In this document: positions 1 through 7,396 of the stretch, piece after piece | Layout: the number at the start of each line of letters is the position of its first letter | How positions within the stretch are numbered: the first letter of the stretch is position 1 | NCBI GenBank assembly: GCA_046483305.1 | Contig: JAWODM010000016.1 | Coordinates: 1-23,950 of the forward strand | DNA: 23,950 nucleotides | DNA from: Candidatus Krumholzibacteriales bacterium | Lineage (GTDB): Bacteria; Krumholzibacteriota; Krumholzibacteriia; Krumholzibacteriales; WJIX01 | Direction of reading: 5' to 3' | The notes under the pieces: generated by a model | The model's database searches: none | What the model saw: only the letters and a program-made list of their open reading frames with translations | Told to the model about the DNA's origin: nothing | Made by a program: the position numbers and the translations under genes

Positions 1-908
1 CCAGCTCCGAGAATGTAACATTGAAACAACTATGCAAGGCCTATATCACTGACTATGAAATAAACAACCAGCGAACGGTTGCAAGGGCAAGGCAGGTTAC
101 CAATCATCTCATGAATCACTTTGGTAATATTACAGCAGCCGAGATCACAACCGACAGAGTAAATAAATATATCCAGGAGAGGCAGGGTGAGGGAGCCGCT
201 AACGCAACCATAAACCGGGAGCTGTCAGGCTTAATAAAGATGTTTAATCTGGCGGTAAAAGCCCGAAAAATAAGCAGAGACAGCGTGCCGGTGATAGAGA
301 AGCTGGAAGAGGCACCCCCTAAAGAAGGATTCTTTGAGCATGAAGATTTCATGGAATTCATACAGCACCTACCGGAGTATATCAGGGGCATGGTTGTATT
401 CGGTTACAAGAGAGGGTGCAGGCTAGGAGAGCTGCAGAATCTCAAATGGGCGAACGTTTACAGGGATGAGGGGTATATTGTAATCGAGGCCAGAGAGGCG
501 AAAAACAAGCAGTCCCGGAAGGTACCTCTGGATGCGGAGCTGAAGGAAGTATTGAGAAAGCAGTTTGTGAACCGTCGGTTGGATTCAGAGTATGTATTCC
601 GGGGCTTGGGAAAGCGGATTAAGGATTTCAGGTACAGCTGGAACAAGGCCTGTAAGGCAATCGGTGTTCACGGATACAGGGGAGTGAGGGGCTTTGAGAA
701 TCCCAAACCCGGAGACCGGCAGTTAACATTTCATGACTTGCGCCGGACGGCAATTCGTAATATGATACGTGGTGGTGTGACAGAGAGGGTTGCAATGAAG
801 ATCAGCGGACACAAAACCAGATCCGTTTTTGACAGGTATGATATAGTATCTGACGCTGATCTTATGAATGCATCAAACAAGGTCGAAAGATACCTGAATG
901 AGAAGTGA
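1..908 (+). CDS. Tyrosine recombinase / phage-type integrase, 5'-truncated by the window edge
   Basis: The frame is open from base 3, before the TTG at 21. All catalytic residues are present: GCRLGEL (R), KNK (K), FHDLRR (HxxR), SGHKT (H) and RYD (Y). A core-binding-domain-like segment (ANATINRELSGL) is also present. Confidence 0.93.
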   Translation, partial: SSENVTLKQLCKAYITDYEINNQRTVARARQVTNHLMNHFGNITAAEITTDRVNKYIQERQGEGAANATINRELSGLIKMFNLAVKARKISRDSVPVIEKLEEAPPKEGFFEHEDFMEFIQHLPEYIRGMVVFGYKRGCRLGELQNLKWANVYRDEGYIVIEAREAKNKQSRKVPLDAELKEVLRKQFVNRRLDSEYVFRGLGKRIKDFRYSWNKACKAIGVHGYRGVRGFENPKPGDRQLTFHDLRRTAIRNMIRGGVTERVAMKISGHKTRSVFDRYDIVSDADLMNASNKVERYLNEK

Positions 909-945
909 ATCGTTACAATATCGTTACATTATGGAAAATGTAACA
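909..945. repeat. Tandem ATCGTTACA direct repeats plus an inverted copy; putative integrase arm-type sites
   Basis: ATCGTTACA at 909-917 and 920-928. GTTACATT (923-930) and AATGTAAC (937-944) form a perfect 8-bp inverted repeat. Confidence 0.55.
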
Positions 946-983
946 GCCCTAATAATTGACTATCTTATTGTTATATAATAAGT

Positions 984-1069
984 GCCGGGATGGCGGAATA
1001 GGCAGACGCAGCGGACTTAAAATCCGCTGAAGTTCACACTTCGTGCGGGTTCAAGTCCCGCTCCCGGCA
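984..1069 (+). tRNA. tRNA-Leu, anticodon TAA, no encoded CCA
   Basis: Acceptor stem GCCGGGA/TCCCGGC plus discriminator A. Anticodon arm GCGGA-CTTAAAA-TCCGC, long variable arm GAAG-TTCACA-CTTC, T arm GCGGG-TTCAAGT-CCCGC. It is followed by TTATC, not CCA. Confidence 0.97.
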
Positions 1070-1109
1070 TTATCTCTTTTCCTGCGGAGGGGCCGCTCCC
1101 GGTAAACAG

Positions 1110-1139
1110 TTGACTTACCGCGAATCTTTGAAGTAGCTT
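1110..1139 (+). promoter_or_regulatory. Putative sigma70-type promoter for the CCA-adding enzyme gene
   Basis: TTGACT-N18-TAGCTT, ending 21 bp upstream of the ATG at 1161. Confidence 0.4.
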
Positions 1140-1160
1140 ATCTTCAGGAAGGTATAAATC

Positions 1161-2516
1161 ATGAAACTGGAAAGAGAGCTGTTTGAGTGGGAAAAGGCCC
1201 TGATGGACAGGGGAAACCTCTATCTGGTCGGAGGTGCGGTTAGAGATCTGCTCTTCGGCAGGACCGGGAAGGGACTCGATGAAGATTACCTTCTTCAGGG
1301 TATGACTCTGGAAGAAGCGGTTTCCGTACTGGATAACTACGGCAGATGCGACCTGGTCGGAAAATCTTTCGGGGTCCTGAAATTCACCCCGGCCGGGGAG
1401 CCTGCGGTTGATATTGCCCTTCCCCGCAGGGAATTTTCTACCGGCTGGGGCCACAAGGAGTTCGAGGTCAGTTTTTCCCCCGATCTTCCGGTTGAAGAAG
1501 ACCTGATCAGGCGCGACTTTACCATCAATTCAATCGCCTTGAATCTCAAGCGGATGGAACTGGTTGACCCGCTGAACGGACTGGAAGACATCAATAACAG
1601 AATTATGCGGGTGAACCGGGAGGAATCCTTCAATGAAGACCCCCTGCGGATAGTCAGGGGTGTCCAGTTCAAATACAGGTTTTCCCTGGAGGTTGAAGAG
1701 GAGACAGAAAAACTGATGAGAGATTATGGCCACCTGGTGGCTACTGTTCCGGCGGAGAGGGTCCGGGAGGAGCTGAACAAGATGATGCTGATGGCTGAAA
1801 ACCCCGGAGACGGATTCATGTTCATGCACCGGATTGATATTCTGAAATATATAATTCCGGAGCTGGATGGAACATACGGGGTTGAGCAGAATGAATTTCA
1901 TCCGCATGACGTTTTCACCCACAACATCAGGAGCTGCAATATGGCCGGGCCGAATCTTCTGGTCAGATGGGCGGCGCTGCTGCACGATATAGGGAAGAAG
2001 GAGACAAAAAAGGAAAAGGAAGGCAGAACAGTTTTCTATTCTCATGAGATGGCCGGGGAGAGGATAGCCGCTGATATTCTCAGGAGGCTCAAGTTTTCCA
2101 ACGGATTCACCAGGGATGTTCTTCATCTGATAAGAAATCATATGTTCAGGATAGACCGGGATTGCTCGGACAGCGCGGTAAGGAGATTTATTTCCAGGGT
2201 GGGGTTGGAACACCTGGATAACCTGTTCGCTCTGAGAAAAGCGGACGCGCTGTCAAGGGGAGATAACGAATCGGTGGAGAATATACAGTATGTAAGGGGG
2301 AGGATATCGGGGGTGCTCAGTGAAGATGCCGCTTTCAAGGTTCGGGACCTGGACATAGACGGTAATGAAATAATGGAGATAACCGGCCTTTCCACCGGAA
2401 GGGAAGTGGGTGAGATACTGGACTACCTCCTGGAGAGAGTAATTGATAACCCGGAGCTTAACCGGAATAATAAATTGAGGAAGATGGTCATGGAGAAATC
2501 TGGTGAAAAAAGATGA
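1161..2516 (+). CDS. cca: CCA tRNA nucleotidyltransferase (class II) with C-terminal HD domain
   Basis: Motif A LYLVGGAVRD...DED, motif B EEDLIRRDFTINSIA, templating motif EDPLRIVRG, flexible loop RREFSTGWGH, and HD domain (HDVFTH, LLHDIGK, SHE, NHM, KAD). Confidence 0.88.
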   Translation: MKLERELFEWEKALMDRGNLYLVGGAVRDLLFGRTGKGLDEDYLLQGMTLEEAVSVLDNYGRCDLVGKSFGVLKFTPAGEPAVDIALPRREFSTGWGHKEFEVSFSPDLPVEEDLIRRDFTINSIALNLKRMELVDPLNGLEDINNRIMRVNREESFNEDPLRIVRGVQFKYRFSLEVEEETEKLMRDYGHLVATVPAERVREELNKMMLMAENPGDGFMFMHRIDILKYIIPELDGTYGVEQNEFHPHDVFTHNIRSCNMAGPNLLVRWAALLHDIGKKETKKEKEGRTVFYSHEMAGERIAADILRRLKFSNGFTRDVLHLIRNHMFRIDRDCSDSAVRRFISRVGLEHLDNLFALRKADALSRGDNESVENIQYVRGRISGVLSEDAAFKVRDLDIDGNEIMEITGLSTGREVGEILDYLLERVIDNPELNRNNKLRKMVMEKSGEKR

Positions 2517-2626
2517 GGTTTCTGCAATGCGGTGTCAGGTGTATCCTCGAAAGCGATTCTGATCGAAAGAGCGTAAAGCGGATCGAGAATCCAAATAATC
2601 TGAGGTTACGATATTGCAGAAACCTC
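2515..2626. other. Long imperfect hairpin / candidate structured RNA closed by a perfect 14-bp inverted repeat
   Basis: GAGGTTTCTGCAAT (2515-2528) pairs with ATTGCAGAAACCTC (2613-2626). Nested stems are TCAGGT/ATCTGA and GATTCT-GATC/GATC-G-AGAATC. Confidence 0.55.
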
Positions 2627-2722
2627 CTTACTATATAATACATGATTTCATTGCGGCAATCAATTATAATTGCAGGGAAAAGATAGATAATAATATTTAA
2701 GACGGTGGCCGGGAGAGCCTTA

Positions 2723-3016
2723 ATGGACGACAGGAAAGAAAAATTCATAAAACGGATAAAGAAGCAGCTCTTCCCGTATAAATCGGAGCGGGATATCGTA
2801 TCCGAAGGAGAGAAATGGGAAGTAACCGATGATGAATACCTCACCTCCTGGATCAGGATGATGCTGATCAAGTGCCACAAGCATAGCCGGTGCGGGGAGA
2901 AACAGATGTGCGAATATTTCAGCTACAGCGATATAGCAAGGGAAAACTACCGGATATGCAGAGAGATGATACTGATGCTGGAAAGCGGGGAAGTAAAGTG
3001 CCGATTCGGGGAGTAA
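2723..3016 (+). CDS. Hypothetical 97-aa Cys/His-containing protein
   Basis: ATG at 2723 with GGGAG 7 nt upstream. Purine-rich coding style like the neighbouring genes. No family recognised. Confidence 0.65.
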   Translation: MDDRKEKFIKRIKKQLFPYKSERDIVSEGEKWEVTDDEYLTSWIRMMLIKCHKHSRCGEKQMCEYFSYSDIARENYRICREMILMLESGEVKCRFGE

Positions 3017-3020
3017 GGGA

Positions 3021-3169
3021 CTGCCATTAGCTGTCATAGTGGCATGAATGGCAGGCTTTATCTCCTTTCAACCAACTTAATCTCTTAATCCAGAACGGTC
3101 TTATATTCTAGTATCTTATTGTTATATATGCTATTAACTAATATCAGCCTTGTTGGCATGAACTTTGAG
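3021..3169 (+). promoter_or_regulatory. Putative sigma54-type dnaK promoter: palindromic upstream site, IHF-like site and -24/-12 box
   Basis: CTGCCATT...AATGGCAG inverted repeat enclosing TGTCA-TAG-TGGCA (3021-3054). AT-rich IHF-like site at 3112-3128. TTGGCATGAACTTTGA (GG-N10-GA) at 3153-3168. Confidence 0.45.
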
Positions 3170-3232
3170 TCAATATACTAATGAAAAATTATATTGTGAT
3201 TTTGTCTGGAAACCTTATTTAAGGAGGAAAAT

Positions 3233-5158
3233 GTGAGTAAGATAATAGGAATTGACCTTGGAACTACAAATTCATGTGTAGCAGTAATGGAGGGCGGTGA
3301 ACCTACGATTATATCTAACCCGGAAGGGGGAAGGACCACACCCTCGGTGGTGGGGTTCAAGGATGGCGAAAGGCTGGTGGGTACGCTGGCCAAGAGGCAG
3401 GCGGTGACAAATCCGGAGAGTACGGTATTTTCCATAAAGAGGTTCATGGGCAGAAAGTACTCCGAGGTAGGAAACGAAATTTCGGAGGTCCCCTATAAAG
3501 TAGTAAAAGGGGAAAACGGTGACGTAAGAGTTCAGGTAGGCGACAAGAAATATTCACCTTCTGAGATCTCCGCGCTGGTTCTCAAACACCTTAAGGAAGC
3601 TGCCGAGAAACACCTCGGCGCCAAAGTGGACAGGGCGGTCATAACTGTACCGGCCTATTTTAACGACAGCCAGCGTCAGGCGACCAAGGATGCCGGAAAA
3701 ATCGCGGGCCTTAAAGTGGAAAGAATTATCAATGAGCCCACCGCGGCATCGCTGGCCTACGGAATGGAGAAGGAAGAAGAGAAAACCATAGTCGTTTTTG
3801 ACCTGGGCGGCGGAACTTTCGATGTTTCGATACTTGATCTGGGAGACAGCGTATTTGAGGTCAAAGCGACCAATGGCGATACCCACCTGGGCGGTGACGA
3901 TTTCGACAAGGTTGTAATCGACTGGATGGTTGATGAATTCAAGAAGGACCAGGGGGTTGATCTGTCCAAGGACCCGATGGCGCTTCAGAGGCTCAAGGAA
4001 GCCGCGGAGAAGGCCAAGTGCGAGCTTTCATCGGTTCAGCAGGCAGATATCAATCTTCCCTTCGTGACCGCTGACGCGAACGGCCCCAAGCATCTTAATA
4101 TGAAGCTGACCAGGGCGAAGTTCGAATCCCTGACTGAGCATCTTATCGAGCGGACAGTGGAGCCATGCATGAAAGCGATGAAAGATGCCGGGATCAGCAA
4201 TTCCGACATAGATGACGTTATACTGGTAGGGGGGACCACCAGGATACCGGCGGTCCAGAAGAAGGTCAGGGAGATCTTCGGGCGCGACCCTCACCAGGGT
4301 GTAAACCCGGACGAGGTTGTGGCCCTGGGGGCTGCTATCCAGGCGGGAGTCCTTTCCGGAGACGTCAACGACGTGCTGCTTCTGGATGTAACTCCTCTGT
4401 CACTTGGGATAGAAACCCTGGGTGGAGTTATGACTAAACTTATTGAGAGGAATACTACCATCCCAACCAAGAAGAGCGAAATATTCTCTACCGCGTCTGA
4501 TAATCAGACCACGGTAGACATTCACGTTCTTCAGGGGGAGAGGGAAATGGCTGCCGAGAATAAGTCGATAGGCAGATTCCAGCTTGCCGGAATCCCGCCG
4601 GCTCCGAGGGGAGTTCCCCAGATAGAGGTGACATTCGATATAGATGCCAACGGTATCCTGAATGTTTCCGCCAAGGATAAGGCTACCGGCAAGGAACAGA
4701 AGATAATCATTCAGGCTTCCAGCGGCCTGTCTGAAGATGATATAGACAGAATGGTAAAGGAAGCTAAGGAGCACGCTGAGGAAGACAGGAAGAAGCGTGA
4801 GATTATCGATCTGAAGAATCAGGCCGATCAGATAAGTTACCAGACCGAGAAGCAGCTTGAAGAGAACAAGGATAAGATCCCTTCCGGAGAACTCGATAAA
4901 ATCAGAAAGGCTCTGGAGGAACTCAAGGAGGCCTCCAAATCTGAGGATAAGGACAGGATCGAGAAGGCGATAGAGAATCACAACAACGTATGGCAGACTG
5001 CTGCCCAGCAGATGTATCAGCAGGCCTCTGGAGAAGAGCAGGCCGGACAGGGCGCGCAGCAGCAGGGCGCAGGCGGCCAGCAGTCCGCTCAGGAAGAGGA
5101 AAGCGACGAAGATGTAGTGGATGCTGATTATGAGGTAATCGACGAGGAAGATAATTAA
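3233..5158 (+). CDS. dnaK: Chaperone DnaK (Hsp70)
   Basis: [21 protein letters not shown], linker [17 protein letters not shown]-terminal [11 protein letters not shown] start with AAGGAGG ribosome-binding site. Carries the N-domain insert typical of diderm DnaK. Confidence 0.99.
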   Translation: MSKIIGIDLGTTNSCVAVMEGGEPTIISNPEGGRTTPSVVGFKDGERLVGTLAKRQAVTNPESTVFSIKRFMGRKYSEVGNEISEVPYKVVKGENGDVRVQVGDKKYSPSEISALVLKHLKEAAEKHLGAKVDRAVITVPAYFNDSQRQATKDAGKIAGLKVERIINEPTAASLAYGMEKEEEKTIVVFDLGGGTFDVSILDLGDSVFEVKATNGDTHLGGDDFDKVVIDWMVDEFKKDQGVDLSKDPMALQRLKEAAEKAKCELSSVQQADINLPFVTADANGPKHLNMKLTRAKFESLTEHLIERTVEPCMKAMKDAGISNSDIDDVILVGGTTRIPAVQKKVREIFGRDPHQGVNPDEVVALGAAIQAGVLSGDVNDVLLLDVTPLSLGIETLGGVMTKLIERNTTIPTKKSEIFSTASDNQTTVDIHVLQGEREMAAENKSIGRFQLAGIPPAPRGVPQIEVTFDIDANGILNVSAKDKATGKEQKIIIQASSGLSEDDIDRMVKEAKEHAEEDRKKREIIDLKNQADQISYQTEKQLEENKDKIPSGELDKIRKALEELKEASKSEDKDRIEKAIENHNNVWQTAAQQMYQQASGEEQAGQGAQQQGAGGQQSAQEEESDEDVVDADYEVIDEEDN

Positions 5159-5175
5159 TTCTTGAAATATTTAGA

Positions 5176-5204
5176 TTGCCTTGTAAAAATCAGTGTTGTA
5201 GATT
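5176..5204 (+). promoter_or_regulatory. Putative sigma70-type promoter for tRNA-Val/thrS
   Basis: TTGCCT-N17-TAGATT, ending 16 bp before the tRNA. Confidence 0.55.
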
Positions 5205-5220
5205 CATGTAAGGAATTGGA

Positions 5221-5297
5221 GGGCGATTAGCTCAGATGGTTAGAGTGTCTGCTTGACATGCAGGAGGTCACTGGTTCAAATCCAGTATCGCCCACCA
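5221..5297 (+). tRNA. tRNA-Val, anticodon GAC, CCA encoded
   Basis: Acceptor GGGCGAT/ATCGCCC-A-CCA, anticodon arm TCTGC-TTGACAT-GCAGG, T arm ACTGG-TTCAAAT-CCAGT. Confidence 0.97.
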
Positions 5298-5332
5298 TCT
5301 ATTTTTACTATTACCGGAATGGATAAATATAT

Positions 5333-7258
5333 ATGAGTGTTCTAGAATTCCCCGACGGGAGCAGGAAAGAGTATCCCGCCGGAACTACTTTCCTTGAGGT
5401 CCTCTCCGAACTTCCCCGTTCTGTTCAGAAAAAAGCGGTTGCGGTGAAGGTTAACGGCGATATCCACGATCTCAGAGAGGAAATCGGCTCTGACGGCGGA
5501 TTCAGGGTTATTACCGACAGCGATGAAGAATCTCTGGAAGTACTGAGGCACAGCACTTCTCACCTTATGGCTCTGGCGGTCAAGGAGCTGTTTGGCGATG
5601 TGGTATTCGGTATAGGCCCTTCCATAGAGGATGGATTCTACTACGATTTCAAGCTGGAGCATACCTTCAGCCCGGATGACCTGGGAAAGATCGAGAAAAA
5701 GATGGAAGAGCTCCGGCGCCAGGGCCCGGAATTCACCCGTAAGTCTCTCTCCCGCGAGGAAGCGATCGAATTCTTCAGGGAAAGAAACCAGCCTTTCAAG
5801 GTTGAACTGATAGAAGATCTGGATGCCGGGACTGTAAGTATTTACACTCTCGGTTCCTTTACGGATCTCTGCGCGGGCCCACATCTTCCTGATATAAAGA
5901 TGGCCAGGGCATTCAAGCTTCTTTCCGTGGCCGGAGCTTACTGGAGGGGGGATGAGAACCGGGAGATGTTCCAGCGTATATACGGGACAGCTTACAGAAA
6001 CAGCGATGAACTGGAAGAAAGCCTGCGGCGTATAGAAGAGGCAAAGAAGAGAGATCACCGTAAGCTGGGAAGCCGGATGGACCTTTTCAATATCTACGAA
6101 GAGGCCGGAGGAGGGCTGGTCTTCTGGCATCCAAAGGGGTATATCCTCAGAGAAACCATCGAGAATTACTGGAAGCAGAAGCACCGGGATAAGGGGTATG
6201 ATATAATCATGACCCCTCATATCGCCAGGAGCGAGCTATGGAAACAATCCGGCCATTACGATTATTACCTGGATAATATGTTCGTTATCAGCGGAGATGA
6301 CGACCGTGAGGAGATGGTTCTGAAACCGATGAACTGTCCCTATCATATCCTGGTATATAAGAGAAAACTCAGGAGCTACCGCGATCTTCCGGTCCGTTAC
6401 GCCGAACTCGGCACTGTCTACCGGAATGAAAGGTCAGGGACCCTTCACGGTCTGCTCAGGGTCAGAGGTTTCACTCAGGACGACGCTCATATATTCTGCT
6501 CGCCGGAACAGCTCGACGAGGAGATTGATAAGTGTTTCGACCTGGCGCATGAAATACTCACGGATTTCGGCTTTGAGAATTACAAGGTCGAACTGAGCGC
6601 CCACGACCCCGATAAGCTGGATAAATATGCGGGTTCAAGAGAGGAGTGGGTAGCAGCGGAGAAGGCCCTTCTTAAAGCGATCGAGAAGAGGGACCTGGAT
6701 TTTAAGAAAATAGAGGGCGAAGCTGTATTCTACGGGCCCAAGATCGACCTTAAACTGATAGACGCTCTGGGAAGGGGATGGCAGGCCACTACTATCCAGT
6801 TCGATTTCAACCTTCCCAGAAGATTCGATGTCACATACATCAACGAGAATAATGAGAAGAAGTATGTCTATATGATACACCGGGCCCTCCTGGGTTCGCT
6901 GGAGAGGTTCATAGGAACTCTGACCGAGCATTACGCCGGCAGGTTCCCTCTGTGGCTGGCCCCGGTTCAGGCAAGGATCCTGCCGGTTAGCGAGAAGCAG
7001 AAGGATTACGCGGAAAGCTGCCTGGCAAAGATGAAGCAGAGCGGAATCAGAGCGGAGGCTGATTCCCGCAATGAGAAACTGGGCTACAGGATCAGAGCTG
7101 CCGAAGTGGATAACGTCCCTTACATGGTAATAGTGGGAGACAGGGAGATAGAAGAAGGGATGATAAACGTCCGATCCAAGTCGACCGGCAGGGAAGGATC
7201 CGTCGAGCTGGAAAATTTTATCAACGATATGGTTGACGAAATAGAAAAAAAAGGTTAA
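5333..7258 (+). CDS. thrS: Threonine--tRNA ligase
   Basis: TGS domain, editing motifs RHSTSH and DLCAGPH, KPMNCPYH, GLLRVRGFTQDDAH, FYGPKID, IHRALLGSLERF. Confidence 0.99.
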   Translation: MSVLEFPDGSRKEYPAGTTFLEVLSELPRSVQKKAVAVKVNGDIHDLREEIGSDGGFRVITDSDEESLEVLRHSTSHLMALAVKELFGDVVFGIGPSIEDGFYYDFKLEHTFSPDDLGKIEKKMEELRRQGPEFTRKSLSREEAIEFFRERNQPFKVELIEDLDAGTVSIYTLGSFTDLCAGPHLPDIKMARAFKLLSVAGAYWRGDENREMFQRIYGTAYRNSDELEESLRRIEEAKKRDHRKLGSRMDLFNIYEEAGGGLVFWHPKGYILRETIENYWKQKHRDKGYDIIMTPHIARSELWKQSGHYDYYLDNMFVISGDDDREEMVLKPMNCPYHILVYKRKLRSYRDLPVRYAELGTVYRNERSGTLHGLLRVRGFTQDDAHIFCSPEQLDEEIDKCFDLAHEILTDFGFENYKVELSAHDPDKLDKYAGSREEWVAAEKALLKAIEKRDLDFKKIEGEAVFYGPKIDLKLIDALGRGWQATTIQFDFNLPRRFDVTYINENNEKKYVYMIHRALLGSLERFIGTLTEHYAGRFPLWLAPVQARILPVSEKQKDYAESCLAKMKQSGIRAEADSRNEKLGYRIRAAEVDNVPYMVIVGDREIEEGMINVRSKSTGREGSVELENFINDMVDEIEKKG

Positions 7259-7278
7259 TTTACTGTAGATGAAATTTA

Positions 7279-7380
7279 AAAGTAGAGCGTAAAGCTCTCA
7301 CCTTACGGTCTATACGAACCGGTAGGGTTTCACGCAGAGTCCAAGTTACTTGGCGGGTGGAACATCTACCCGCCTTTTTT
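7279..7380 (+). promoter_or_regulatory. Ribosomal protein L20 leader-like cis-regulatory RNA upstream of infC-rpmI-rplT
   Basis: AAGT-AGAGC-GTAAA-GCTCT-CACC hairpin, a second stem (CCTTAC.../GTAGGG) and a terminal GC-rich terminator. The position is the classical one for an L20 leader. Confidence 0.75.
7352..7380 (+). terminator. Intrinsic terminator / attenuator hairpin
   Basis: GGCGGGTGGA-ACA-TCTACCCGCC followed by TTTTTT. Confidence 0.8.
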
Positions 7381-7396
7381 ATGGAGGTGAGTAGTC

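Larger units (their letters stand above)
1..983. mobile_element. Right-hand end of a putative integrative element (prophage/island) adjacent to tRNA-Leu
   Basis: An integrase with intact catalytic residues ends 75 bp before a tRNA gene, and the spacer carries short direct and inverted repeats. The other end lies outside the window. Confidence 0.6.

Noticed and set aside
12..22. AATGTAACA inside the integrase, matching 937-945
   Set aside because: A single 9-mer within coding sequence is compatible with chance.
956..979. TTGACT...TATAAT as a canonical -35/-10 promoter for tRNA-Leu
   Set aside because: The spacer is only 12 bp, so only the -10-like element is credible.
2568..2579. 12-mer AGAGCGTAAAGC shared between the hairpin loop and the L20 leader (7284-7295)
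   Set aside because: Several 12-bp matches are expected by chance in 24 kb, and the pairing contexts differ.
2530..2600. Possible SRP RNA (GTCAGGT) or c-di-GMP-I riboswitch (GAAA...GCGTAAAGC)
   Set aside because: It lacks the SRP CCGGAAGGAAGCAG domain and the GGCAAA P1/P2 architecture of the riboswitch.
2513..2638. 41-codon ORF (MRFLQCGVRC...) overlapping the cca stop via ATGA
   Set aside because: It is short, has no recognisable motif and coincides with the hairpin. RNA/DNA structure explains the region better, though the ORF cannot be fully excluded.
5020..5100. CAG-rich repeats at the dnaK 3' end
   Set aside because: This is the ordinary low-complexity Gln/Gly/Ala tail of DnaK, not a repeat array.
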